DNA from: Candidatus Micrarchaeia archaeon
GTDB taxonomy: Archaea > Micrarchaeota > Micrarchaeia > Burarchaeales > JAVZCV01
Assembly (NCBI GenBank): GCA_038874215.1
Contig: JAVZCV010000023.1
Span: 1 to 19,547, forward strand
DNA: 19,547 nucleotides
Reading direction: 5' to 3'
This document shows, piece after piece, positions 7,137 through 16,413 of the stretch (within the stretch, counting starts at the first letter, position 1; every line of letters begins with the position of its first letter). Under the pieces are notes generated by a model. The model saw nothing but the letters and a program-made list of their open reading frames with translations. It was not told the DNA's origin and searched no databases. Both the position numbers and the translations under genes were made by a program.

Positions 7137-8291
7137 CTACATTTTCCCTTCTTGTTCAAGTTTTTCTGCATATGAGAGTATTATCGGTGCATTCACAAGC
7201 CACGTTGCCATAATATCCCCAAAAAGGCCGCTGACTGCAACTGACGCTATCTGGTAATATGTGGGAATGTGAGTGATTATTGAGAGAAGAAGAAGGACAG
7301 AGAAGGAAACTATCGCTGTTGATGTCATCGTCAATCCTGTTTTAAGCGTCTCATATGCTCTCTGCCTCGCGTTTCCCTCAGAGCGTTTAAGCACGCGCGT
7401 TGTCAGGAGAACATTTGTATCTAGGGAGTAGCCTATGAGCATCAGAAGGGCTGCAAATGAAGGGAGGGTTAGCGGTATTCCGAAAAGACCCATCGCACCG
7501 AGGGCTGTTATTATGTCGCTAAAAACACCGATTATGACTGCGAGGGATGGAACAAAGCTCCTGAATATCAGGAAAACGACCAACGCTGAGAGCAGAAAAG
7601 ATGTTACTATGACAATTGTTGCTGTTTTTAGAAAAAACTCCGAGAGAGAGGGCGTAATATCTTTGAATGAATAGGTGTCTATCTTTACCAAACTTCCCAC
7701 CGTAGTTATTATTTTGTTGCGGTAGTTTTCCTTTGCCTCTGAGTAGGATTTTTCTACAAGAAGTTTCAGCTCGCGGGAGTTGGTTGCATTGTTTGTGTAG
7801 TTGGACAGAGCAAGAAGTGATTCAGCATATGAGAGAAGAGTCGCGTTCTGCTTCTGGTAATCAGCACGAATCTTCTCAAGTTCGTTTTTTAGAGTGGTGT
7901 TCTCAGGGTTTTTTGATGACCACTCCTCAATCTCAAGAAGGCGAAGGAAAAGCATGTTCTCTTTCTCATATTCTTTATAGAATGTACGCAGATCCCTCTC
8001 GGCCCTTGCAAGCTGCTCGTTCTGTTCTATCTGTATTTCAACAGTATTACCCCCGAGAGGTGCGGGATATGCGTTTATGTCAATGTCAGTTGCGCCAAGC
8101 TCTGATTTAAGTTTCTGGGTTATAAGCGAGGTGTCAACAGTGCTGTTTGTCTGGATGGTAATTAGAGTGCCGCCGCGAAGATCTACTCCTTGCGGAATTC
8201 TAGGTATTAGGAGAAAAGCGGCTAGGAGCATGAGAGCCGGTAGCAGCATGAGTCTTTTATAATCGCCTTCGTATATATTCGGCAGTTCCAT
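7137..8291 (-). CDS. secF: Protein translocase subunit SecF with an enlarged extracytoplasmic domain
   Basis: GVDLRGGT, IFRSFVPS, AALLMLIGYSLDTNVLLTTR. ATG 8291 (after GTGATAGG) avoids overlap with the upstream gene. Confidence 0.92.
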   Translation of the reverse strand: MELPNIYEGDYKRLMLLPALMLLAAFLLIPRIPQGVDLRGGTLITIQTNSTVDTSLITQKLKSELGATDIDINAYPAPLGGNTVEIQIEQNEQLARAERDLRTFYKEYEKENMLFLRLLEIEEWSSKNPENTTLKNELEKIRADYQKQNATLLSYAESLLALSNYTNNATNSRELKLLVEKSYSEAKENYRNKIITTVGSLVKIDTYSFKDITPSLSEFFLKTATIVIVTSFLLSALVVFLIFRSFVPSLAVIIGVFSDIITALGAMGLFGIPLTLPSFAALLMLIGYSLDTNVLLTTRVLKRSEGNARQRAYETLKTGLTMTSTAIVSFSVLLLLSIITHIPTYYQIASVAVSGLFGDIMATWLVNAPIILSYAEKLEQEGKM

Positions 8292-8349
8292 CCTATCACT
8301 GTTTTCCCTCCATATTTCGTCGCAAATATTAAATAACCGATGTTTGGAC

Positions 8350-9249
8350 CTATTTTCCGCTTTTGCGGGAAGTGATGCAAACACCTAGGATTATTAGAGC
8401 CATACCAACAGCAACAGGTATGGAAAGCGTTTCTTTCAGCAGAATTACTGATGAAAAAACGCCGACAACGGGGACAAGGTAGCCAAAAACGCTGACCTCA
8501 ACAACGCCCTTTTTGTTTATCGCCCAGTACCATATGTAGTAGGCAATGCCGCTCCCAAAGAAACCAATATATAGGAGAGAGATGGCAGTATGTGGGGGAT
8601 AGTGGAGTAAGTTTGGTAATCCGTCTGTAAGCAATAGCGTTATAGCAAAAAGTAATGCGCTGCCAAAGCTCCCCAACGCAGTAGATATTAATGGGTCGCC
8701 ACCAAGCTTCCTGTTGCCTATCGTGTATACGGCCCAAAGAATTGCAGTAAGTAAACTTAGAGATAGTGATTCGGGGGATATCGCAGTGTAGTCTGCGTCA
8801 AAATTCATCAAAAATAAACCGATAAGAGCAAGGAGTACGCCAATAGCCTGGTTTTTGCCAAAATGCTCACCTAAAAATAGTGAGAACAGCACAACGAAAA
8901 GAGGGGATGTGTTTGTTAGCACAGCTGTTATTGATGCGTATTGCAGGTTTAGTGCAACCAGCAGAGGAATTTGGTATATGTAATAACCAAGCATACCTAG
9001 CAAAAGCGCTTTGATAACCCATCTGCGAGTTTTCTTTTGCCCCAGTGTTTGCAGAATCTCGCAAAGTTCTTTCTGGCGGCTTTTAACCGCTAAAGGCATT
9101 AGTATAAGGGTGGCCAATGCCGTGCGAAACATTCCAATCTGGAGAGGCGTTAACTCACCAAGGACGATTTTTGCGATAGGATGAACTGTCCCCCAGATGA
9201 ATATTGCGGACAAGAGGATGAGATTTGTATAATCAATTCGGGTTAACAT
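8350..9249 (-). CDS. DMT/EamA-family transporter
   Basis: About 10 hydrophobic segments in two EamA repeats (IWG...AK, TSPLFVVLFSLFLGE, YLVPVVGVFSSVILLKE). Confidence 0.92.
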   Translation of the reverse strand: MLTRIDYTNLILLSAIFIWGTVHPIAKIVLGELTPLQIGMFRTALATLILMPLAVKSRQKELCEILQTLGQKKTRRWVIKALLLGMLGYYIYQIPLLVALNLQYASITAVLTNTSPLFVVLFSLFLGEHFGKNQAIGVLLALIGLFLMNFDADYTAISPESLSLSLLTAILWAVYTIGNRKLGGDPLISTALGSFGSALLFAITLLLTDGLPNLLHYPPHTAISLLYIGFFGSGIAYYIWYWAINKKGVVEVSVFGYLVPVVGVFSSVILLKETLSIPVAVGMALIILGVCITSRKSGK

Positions 9250-9262
9250 GCAGAGATACGGA

Positions 9263-10573
9263 TTAAATACTTTTATTAGAATTACCGAAGTAGTATGCCT
9301 TCTTTTTTCTTATCACTTCCTCCATCAGTGGAAGAAGTCTCCTCACTTTTTCCTCGCCGATAAGGGAAATAAAGCCAGGAACGGTTCCGTCTCCACCATA
9401 GAAGCGGACATCGTGTGTTGAGTTTGGGTCTGTGAAGGAATGCAGAAGCTCTTGGACTGATGTGCTATGGAGAACTTCCCGCTTGCACATCTTTCGGTAT
9501 AAGGCGCGTGCGCTTTTGTTATCCCCTATTATGACGCGTATCTTCTCGTCAAGAATCTTTATCTCTGTCTTATCTTTTAAAGGTCTAAGCGGAGAATCGT
9601 CCCTTAGCGAGTATCTGTGTGCAAGCTTCATGAGTGTTGTTATCCGCAGGTATGGTTTTTCTCTATGGCCCATAAGTGAGGCGATACGCTTAATCAACGC
9701 GTCTATAATTTTTGAATCATGCTCTGTTATCTCTACTTTCTTTTGCGCTTCGGATTTTAGGCTGTTAAGCAAATTTGCGTTTATTTCTTTTGTTTTGAGC
9801 ATATCCGAGGCGATTTTTATGAATGTATCACCGAGAGAAGTAGGAAGCATTGCATCATCAAAAACTTTCCTAATGGAGAGCAATAGCATATGTGTTCGTA
9901 TGTTATTGGCAGCTCTTGCCATTAGCTCGGTGTGGGGTGGACCTGCTCTTCTTCCTCTCCTTTCCAGAGAATCCGCAATCCGTATTCCGTGCGCGATGCA
10001 CTCGTATTTTTTTGGCGCATCTATTGCGCTGTTGAAGAGATAATCTTTTCTGAGTTCGGAATTCAGTGAGGAGTAGCCTACGGCATTTGTTATAAGTTCA
10101 AGCAGAGAGCTTAGTGTTTCTCTCATTTTTATGAACGACGTCCCCTGTACAAGCTCATCGGATAAGAGCTCGGTAGATGATATGAATGTGTTGTAATCCC
10201 CGTTGGTTATTGCGGTTCTTCCTACTCTTGTTATCAATTGAGGTGTGTAGTCATATTTTGAACGCCTACAATATGAGAAGATAGAGTTGATTAATAGTTG
10301 TGCAATCCCACGCTTTTCAGACTCTTTTTCAACCTTGTATGCCCCTTCCAACGCATCAGTAATCTTCTCTAAAGGCGCACTGAAACCGTCAGGTGAGAAG
10401 CCAGAGTCGTATATCCCGCTATCCAGAATTTTCGCGATCTCTTTTGCATACCTTAGCCCATCGTTAAATTGTCCGGGGAAAGCATCTGGTAAGCGTTTCA
10501 ACTCAAAAGATAGATCCAGGAATCGTCTATGTAATGCAAGCGAGTCGTGGACTTCCCCCAGCATATGTTTCAT
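9263..10573 (-). CDS. Hypothetical protein (436 aa, probably helical)
   Basis: Long ORF filling the gap between tfb and the transporter in the same orientation. TTTTATA lies about 20 nt upstream of the ATG. No recognisable motif. Confidence 0.75.
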   Translation of the reverse strand: MKHMLGEVHDSLALHRRFLDLSFELKRLPDAFPGQFNDGLRYAKEIAKILDSGIYDSGFSPDGFSAPLEKITDALEGAYKVEKESEKRGIAQLLINSIFSYCRRSKYDYTPQLITRVGRTAITNGDYNTFISSTELLSDELVQGTSFIKMRETLSSLLELITNAVGYSSLNSELRKDYLFNSAIDAPKKYECIAHGIRIADSLERRGRRAGPPHTELMARAANNIRTHMLLLSIRKVFDDAMLPTSLGDTFIKIASDMLKTKEINANLLNSLKSEAQKKVEITEHDSKIIDALIKRIASLMGHREKPYLRITTLMKLAHRYSLRDDSPLRPLKDKTEIKILDEKIRVIIGDNKSARALYRKMCKREVLHSTSVQELLHSFTDPNSTHDVRFYGGDGTVPGFISLIGEEKVRRLLPLMEEVIRKKKAYYFGNSNKSI

Positions 10574-10610
10574 GTATTATAGAGAATAGTATAAAAAACT
10601 CTTGATAGGG

Positions 10611-11519
10611 CTAGAGATCTATTTTTAGCTTAAGCTCTTTTTTTAGTTCTCTGTATCTGTTCCTTATAGTCACTTCGGTTACACCTGCGACGTCTGCAAC
10701 TTCTTTCTGGGTTCTTCGCTCACCAACAAGGCTGGCTGCTATATAGACGGCTGCAGCGGCAACTCCCGTAGGCCCTCTGCCAGAAATTAGACCGCGTTTT
10801 ACGGATTTGTTAAGAAGTTCTATTGCCTTCTCCTGAGTTTTTCCACTAAGTTTCAGAGCAGTTGCAAATCTCGGGACGTAGTAGCGTGGCTCTGAGAGTG
10901 GAATTTTTATATCAAGTTCTGTTGTTATAAAGCGGTATGTTCTCCCGATTTCTTTTTTGGGTACCCCCGAAATTTCAGATATCTCATCAAGCGTACGTGG
11001 GATTTTGTAGTTTCTACATACCGCATATATCACTGCGGACACCACATTCTCTATCAGTCTTCCTCTTATAAGTCCTTTTTCAACACATTTTCTATAGAGG
11101 AGTGCGCATGCTTCCCTAACACTTTCTGGCAAACCCAGATATGAACCAACCCTATCCAATTCACTAAGGGCTATTGCAAGGTTTCTTTCCATAGAGGTTG
11201 CTATGCTTGCACGCTTATGCCACTTTCGCATTCTATACAATTGAGCCTGCTTTTTTGTGGATATCCGTGCTCCACGTATATCCCGATTGTACTGGTCTAT
11301 TTCGGTTACTAAGCCTTTGTTGGGTCGCATGTATTTTATGGGTGCGCCACCTCGTGCGCGTTTGTCTCTCTGTTCTGCATCAAAGGCACGCCATTCCGGA
11401 CCTTCATCTACGACATTTTCGGCAACAACTAGTCCGCATCTTGTGCATATTATTTCGCCACGTTCGTAATCTCTCCTCAGGTTTTTGCTGCCACAATCGG
11501 GGCAAGATTCATATGCCAC
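10611..11519 (-). CDS. tfb: Transcription initiation factor IIB
   Basis: Zn ribbon CPDC..CTRC, GPEWRAF, two cyclin repeats, [23 protein letters not shown] 11519 with a GGTGG RBS is preferred, because ATG 11573 is only a few nt from the candidate TATA box. Confidence 0.97.
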   Translation of the reverse strand: MAYESCPDCGSKNLRRDYERGEIICTRCGLVVAENVVDEGPEWRAFDAEQRDKRARGGAPIKYMRPNKGLVTEIDQYNRDIRGARISTKKQAQLYRMRKWHKRASIATSMERNLAIALSELDRVGSYLGLPESVREACALLYRKCVEKGLIRGRLIENVVSAVIYAVCRNYKIPRTLDEISEISGVPKKEIGRTYRFITTELDIKIPLSEPRYYVPRFATALKLSGKTQEKAIELLNKSVKRGLISGRGPTGVAAAAVYIAASLVGERRTQKEVADVAGVTEVTIRNRYRELKKELKLKIDL

Positions 11520-11578
11520 GGAAACCACCGCATCGCCGCAGTTGCTAACTGTGGTATTTTTAAAACTTTGCATTCCAC

Positions 11579-11594
11579 ATATATAAAACTTTCG
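11579..11594 (-). promoter_or_regulatory. Candidate BRE-TATA promoter of tfb
   Basis: Minus strand reads CGAAAG-TTTTATATAT, a purine-rich BRE followed by a TATA box. Confidence 0.6.
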
Positions 11595-12028
11595 TAGAGG
11601 GACTTTTGTGTAGGCTAGAATTGGAGATATAGGGTTAAATTTGCATTAAGTGGGAAAAGAGAAGTAGTAGCATAGCAATGTAGTACAAAAATAAAACACC
11701 GAGATATATCTAAATCTTTTATTATTACTTCAGATAATTGACTTACAATATATTGTATACTAGATAGCATTTTATTATAAAAAAACTGCAAAAATTGCTA
11801 ATTTGAATATTGATACTGATCCATTACAGTAATTATTTTATATCAGATATATAGATTGAATTATGTAGAATAAAATAGTTAGTTTATATTATATATTAAA
11901 GTTTAAATACAGGCGCAAATAATGTAAATCATTCTGCTTCCCTTTTCTATACGAAGGTTTATAAATATAATTGGTGATGAAATATTGTAATTCTAAGTTT
12001 TTGTATGCGTTGGGAGAATGGTGTTTGA

Positions 12029-13198
12029 ATGCGGATTGCCTTCCTAAGTTGGGAGTCTTTGCATTCTATAAAGGTAGGCGGTTTGGCTGTTCACACAAGC
12101 GAATTGGCAAAAGCGTTATACGAACGAGGGCATGAAGTTCATGTTTTCACAAGAATGGGGCATGGGCAACCACACTATGAGAGGATAGATGGCGTGCATT
12201 ATCATCGTTGCCCGTTTGACTTAAACCCAAATTTCATTCAGGAAATGAACAATATGAGCAATTCATTTGCTTGGCATCTCGAACAAACCGAGAATTATAT
12301 CGGACCCTTTGACATCGTCCACGGGCACGACTGGCACGTGGTGAACGGCCTTGCAAGGATAAAGGATGGGCGCGGAAGAAAAATAGTCTGGACTATACAT
12401 TCAACCGAATATGGGCGTTGCGGGAACAAGTTTGCAGGTGGGATGTCAGAGCATATCAGGAATATTGAGTTTTATGGGACCTATATTGCAAACAAGGTAA
12501 TAACATGCTCGCATGCTATGAAGAATGAAACAATGTGGCTTTATCGTGTACCAGAACATAAGATAGCAGTTGTAGGCAATGGGATAGATGTAAAGAAATA
12601 TGAGGGATATTTGGATCCGGGAAGAGTCAAAGAGAGGTTTGGGGTAGGTCCTGTTGACCCGACGATATTGTATGTCGGGAGGATGGCTTACCAAAAAGGA
12701 CCTGACATACTAATTGAGGCAATGCCACGGATACTCCATGAGAATAATCAGGCAAGGGCTATATTGGTTGGTGATGGGCATATGCGCATGCATCTTGAAA
12801 GCAGGGCAAGGCAACTAGGCGTATCGCATGCCGTCAGATTCACGGGGTATGTGGATGATAGGGATGTTTTAGATCTTTATAAAGCATGCGAATTTGTTTG
12901 TGTGCCTAGCAGGAATGAGCCTTTTGGCATGGTGGTTTTAGAGGCTTGGGCTTCTGCTAAGCCTGTTGTTGTAACGCATGGGGGAGGACCTGGCGAGATG
13001 GTAACTCATGAGGTTAACGGCCTAAAAGTGTATCCAAATCCAGACTCAATAGCTTGGGGAGCACGGCAAATGTTTTCGGATATAGATAGGGCGAACTGGA
13101 TGGGGCTGAATGGAAGGGAAAGCGCTGAAAAAGAACATTCGTGGGCAAGAAAGGCCCGCGAAATTGAAGGCGTTTACGAAGAAGTTCTTTCGTTATAG
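12029..13198 (+). CDS. GT4 (GT-B fold) glycosyltransferase, glycogen-synthase-like archaeal subgroup
   Basis: KVGGLA, HGHDWH, TIHSTE, NGID, VGRMAYQKG, PSRNEPFGMVVLEAWAS. Confidence 0.92.
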   Translation: MRIAFLSWESLHSIKVGGLAVHTSELAKALYERGHEVHVFTRMGHGQPHYERIDGVHYHRCPFDLNPNFIQEMNNMSNSFAWHLEQTENYIGPFDIVHGHDWHVVNGLARIKDGRGRKIVWTIHSTEYGRCGNKFAGGMSEHIRNIEFYGTYIANKVITCSHAMKNETMWLYRVPEHKIAVVGNGIDVKKYEGYLDPGRVKERFGVGPVDPTILYVGRMAYQKGPDILIEAMPRILHENNQARAILVGDGHMRMHLESRARQLGVSHAVRFTGYVDDRDVLDLYKACEFVCVPSRNEPFGMVVLEAWASAKPVVVTHGGGPGEMVTHEVNGLKVYPNPDSIAWGARQMFSDIDRANWMGLNGRESAEKEHSWARKAREIEGVYEEVLSL

Positions 13199-13246
13199 CT
13201 TTGGATGCTTATAAGCTTTATAAAGGCGTGAGGGAATAGATAATTG

Positions 13247-14047
13247 ATGCAACAGCATATAATAGAACCAAAAAAGAAATCTACGCAGGTGGAGGAGGAG
13301 TTAAGGAAAAAACTTTTCCGGGAAGAAGTTTCGCCTGATTCTCCCCCCATTCATGCCGCAGGCATAAAGGTGCATTCTAATCAGAAGAAGAAGGAACAGG
13401 AAGCGCAGGAGGTTTTCAGGGATAAGCAACTAATTTCTTTTGAGGAAAAAATGCAGAAGGTGGAGGGAGAACCACAAAAGGCTAAAATAGAAGGAGCCGC
13501 AGTTGATGTAAAACGGGAGATTGTTGTTGAGGAAAAACTGCCAACGAGAGAATTTGAGAGCAGGCAGTTTGTTGTTGAGGAGAAGCATGATGTAGCAGTG
13601 GAGCATAGAGAGAAAAAAGAGGGAAAAATTGAGGAGTTAAGGAGAGATGTAGAAGTGGAACCTATGAATGTAAGGGGGCATGTGGGAGTTGAAAGCAGGA
13701 AAACAATGCCTGTTCAGGAGCACATAAAAAGTTCACACGAAGTCGTGCGTAGGCAAGAAGAACACGACAAACTCAAAAAGCCCGAGATGAAGATTAACAA
13801 TTTGGATATGCAGATGCACAAAGAGCTGATAGAACGGATAAGGCGGGAACGCTCCCGAACGAAAAGGGGTGCAGATAAAGTCATTCTTTCAATAAAAATA
13901 CGGGAGGCAATAGAAGCGTACAGGAAACAATTTGAGGATTACAGAGGGTATGATAAAAGGCGCGTTGATGAGTTGTATGCTGGAGGGGATGGCAAGGGAG
14001 ACGACAAGGGGGGAGGGAAGAAAAAAGGTGGGGATAAAAAGGAGTAA
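13247..14047 (+). CDS. Hypothetical highly charged (E/K/R-rich) protein
   Basis: 266-codon ORF with purine-rich coding bias, GTGAGGG RBS-like sequence and TTTATAAA upstream. No known domain. Confidence 0.75.
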   Translation: MQQHIIEPKKKSTQVEEELRKKLFREEVSPDSPPIHAAGIKVHSNQKKKEQEAQEVFRDKQLISFEEKMQKVEGEPQKAKIEGAAVDVKREIVVEEKLPTREFESRQFVVEEKHDVAVEHREKKEGKIEELRRDVEVEPMNVRGHVGVESRKTMPVQEHIKSSHEVVRRQEEHDKLKKPEMKINNLDMQMHKELIERIRRERSRTKRGADKVILSIKIREAIEAYRKQFEDYRGYDKRRVDELYAGGDGKGDDKGGGKKKGGDKKE

Positions 14048-14105
14048 TTACTCTTTAATGAGTAGTTATAATGGATAATGATAAAAATATTAGTGCTATT
14101 TTTGA

Positions 14106-14768
14106 ATGGGAGTGAAGAAAATGGGGAGGAAGAGATGCAAAGCAATAGTTAGGCCGAGGCATCCAGCCGAGTTTCGGGATATTACTCCACTCGTTAGGTT
14201 CCCCACGAGGTTTGGCATGTTTAAGTTAATGGCAGTCGTTGATAAGAAGGGTGATGAGCATGTAGTAATAATACGAGGTAATGTGCGCGATAAAAAAAAT
14301 GTCCCCACACGCATTCATTCTGCATGCCTTACTGGTGATGTATTTGGATCTATGAGGTGCGATTGCAGGGACCAGCTTGAAGCAGCATTAAAATTTTTAG
14401 GGAAAAAGAAATGCGGTCTTCTGGTCTATCTCAATCAGGAGGGTAGGGGGATAGGACTCGTGAACAAGATAAAGGCATATTGGTTGCAGGATAGGGGGCT
14501 GGATACGGTTGAGGCAAACAGGTGCTTGGGATTTGAAGACGATATGCGCAATTACAGGATAGCGGCACAGATTATAAAGTACTTAGGGATTCGTTCTGTG
14601 GTTCTTCTCACCAACAACCCTGAGAAAATAGAAGATTTGAGGAAAAATGGGGTGGAGGTTAGCGGGAGAAAGCCCCTTATAGCAGAACCAACGCCTTATA
14701 ACCGCAGGTATTTGAAAACTAAGGAGACGAAGATGGGACATATGCTTAGCGGTGAGTGGGGAAAATGA
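14106..14768 (+). CDS. ribA: GTP cyclohydrolase II
   Basis: RIHSACLTGDVFGSMRCDC (Zn-binding Cys), QEGRGIGL.NKIKAY, DTVEAN, LLTNNPEK, YLKTK..KMGH. Start could be ATG 14121. Confidence 0.96.
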   Translation: MGVKKMGRKRCKAIVRPRHPAEFRDITPLVRFPTRFGMFKLMAVVDKKGDEHVVIIRGNVRDKKNVPTRIHSACLTGDVFGSMRCDCRDQLEAALKFLGKKKCGLLVYLNQEGRGIGLVNKIKAYWLQDRGLDTVEANRCLGFEDDMRNYRIAAQIIKYLGIRSVVLLTNNPEKIEDLRKNGVEVSGRKPLIAEPTPYNRRYLKTKETKMGHMLSGEWGK

Positions 14769-15871
14769 GGTTCAATTCCAATACGGTAGAAGATGAATTT
14801 TTTATGAGGATTGCGCTTGGGCTTGCAAACTTGGGGATACCAAGGGCTTTTCCAAACCCACTTGTTGGTGCGGTTGTGGTTAAAAACGGAAAGATTATCG
14901 CAACAGGATACCATCGTGAGTATGGTAAGGAACATGCAGAGATAATGGCGCTGAGGAGGGCAGGCAAATCCGCGAACGGCGCCACTCTTTACGTAAATCT
15001 TGAGCCATGCTGCCATTATGGGAAAACAGGACCGTGTGTAGACGAGATTGTAAAATATGGAATAAAAAGAGTTGTAGTTGGAATAAAAGACCCGAACCCA
15101 AAGGTATGTGGTGGTGGGATAAAAAAACTCCGAGAAGCAGGTATAAGGGTTGATGTAGGCGTATTAAAGAATGACGCTGCACGGCTCAATGAGGTGTTCA
15201 TTAAGTACATGAGTACAGGGTGCCCGTTTATTGCACTTAAGTGCGCAATGACGCTTGATGGGAAGATAGCTACGGAAACAGGGGATTCAAAATGGATAAG
15301 CGGAAAAACTGCGAGAATGTATGCGCATTTTCTCCGTGCGTATTATGATGCTGTGCTCGTTGGTGTCAATACAGTTATAAAAGATGACCCTCTGCTCACA
15401 TGCAGGATTGAAGGTGGCAGGAACCCAGTCAGAGTCATAGTTGATAGCAAACTTAGAATTCCGCTTAACGCGAAGGTTGTGCGCGAAGGTACTATAATCG
15501 CAACTTCTAAGAAGCATGATAGGGATAAAAGAGAAAAACTTGAGAAGGCTGGATGCGTTGTTGTTGTGTGTGGGAAAGAGAGGGTAAGGTTGCGCAGGCT
15601 GGTTTCGCTGCTGGGGAAGAGAGGCATAACCTCTCTGCTAGTTGAAGGAGGAGGGGAAGTAAATGCTTCTTTCATTAATGAGAGAATTGTTGATAAGATA
15701 TACTTCGTTATCGCACCTAAAATTGTTGGTGGAAAGGAAGCGAAAACTCCTGTGGAGGGTGAGGGGGTTGCAAAAATGTATGATGCATTAAAGTTTAAGG
15801 TAGTGCGGGTTTTATCGCTGGGCGGGGACTATTTAATAGAAGCGTACCCGATGTATAAGAGTGTCGGGTAG
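14765..15871 (+). CDS. ribD: Bifunctional pyrimidine deaminase/reductase
   Basis: PNPLVGAVVV, HAE, LEPCCHYGKTGPC, TLDGKIA, DDPLLT, VEGGG. ATGA overlap with the ribA stop codon. Confidence 0.96.
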   Translation: MRFNSNTVEDEFFMRIALGLANLGIPRAFPNPLVGAVVVKNGKIIATGYHREYGKEHAEIMALRRAGKSANGATLYVNLEPCCHYGKTGPCVDEIVKYGIKRVVVGIKDPNPKVCGGGIKKLREAGIRVDVGVLKNDAARLNEVFIKYMSTGCPFIALKCAMTLDGKIATETGDSKWISGKTARMYAHFLRAYYDAVLVGVNTVIKDDPLLTCRIEGGRNPVRVIVDSKLRIPLNAKVVREGTIIATSKKHDRDKREKLEKAGCVVVVCGKERVRLRRLVSLLGKRGITSLLVEGGGEVNASFINERIVDKIYFVIAPKIVGGKEAKTPVEGEGVAKMYDALKFKVVRVLSLGGDYLIEAYPMYKSVG

Positions 15872-15959
15872 TATTCTGTTGGCTACTTACTAGATTTACA
15901 GAAAGTTTTATAAAATAGAGAGAAGAAAGATATTCTGTTAGCTTATGGGAGGGGGGTAA

Positions 15960-16157
15960 ATGAGGGGTATGGATAGGCCTGTTGCGGAAGGAAATGAATA
16001 TGAAGTAACAATAGATGCGCAGGGGAGCAAAGGCGACGGGATAGCACATATAGAGGGCTTTGTTATTTTTGTACCTGGAGTGAAAATAGGGCAGACTGTC
16101 AGGATAAGAATAACATCTGTAAGAAGAACTTTTGCGATAGGGGAAGTAATAAAGTAG
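15960..16157 (+). CDS. Single-TRAM-domain protein (archaeal RNA chaperone type)
   Basis: PV.EG.EYEVTI...G.KGDGIA.IEGFVIFVPG...G..V.IRI..V...FA.GEV signature. Confidence 0.93.
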   Translation: MRGMDRPVAEGNEYEVTIDAQGSKGDGIAHIEGFVIFVPGVKIGQTVRIRITSVRRTFAIGEVIK

Positions 16158-16385
16158 TCATGCTTTTTTAATGAATTTTTTGTAGCCACCGACTGTTAAA
16201 AATATTCTTGCACCTATTGCGCATAGCGGACATGTTGCTGCAACAGCGCCTGCTGTTGCTGCGCCCAGAGTGCATGTCGTGGAGCATGCGGTTATTGCGC
16301 CGACTGCTGCTTCTGTCCCTGCGATTGCTGTCAGCAAACCTCCAAGTGCAAGTTCAATTTCCCCTTCGCCTTTCTTTTTTTGCAT
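16158..16385 (-). CDS. Small hydrophobic Cys-rich membrane peptide (75 aa), function unknown
   Basis: GGTGAT directly before ATG 16385, 28 nt downstream of the glutaredoxin stop. The ORF fills the gap exactly and its stop abuts the TRAM stop. Confidence 0.7.
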   Translation of the reverse strand: MQKKKGEGEIELALGGLLTAIAGTEAAVGAITACSTTCTLGAATAGAVAATCPLCAIGARIFLTVGGYKKFIKKA

Positions 16386-16413
16386 ATCACCATCTAGGTG
16401 GGCAAGAATTTTT

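Noticed and set aside
8292..8384. N-terminal extension of SecF in the ORF track
   Set aside because: It overlaps the EamA gene, and ATG 8291 has an RBS-like sequence and gives a normal N-terminus.
14048..14105. FMN riboswitch upstream of ribA
   Set aside because: Only 58 AT-rich bp with no RFN consensus.
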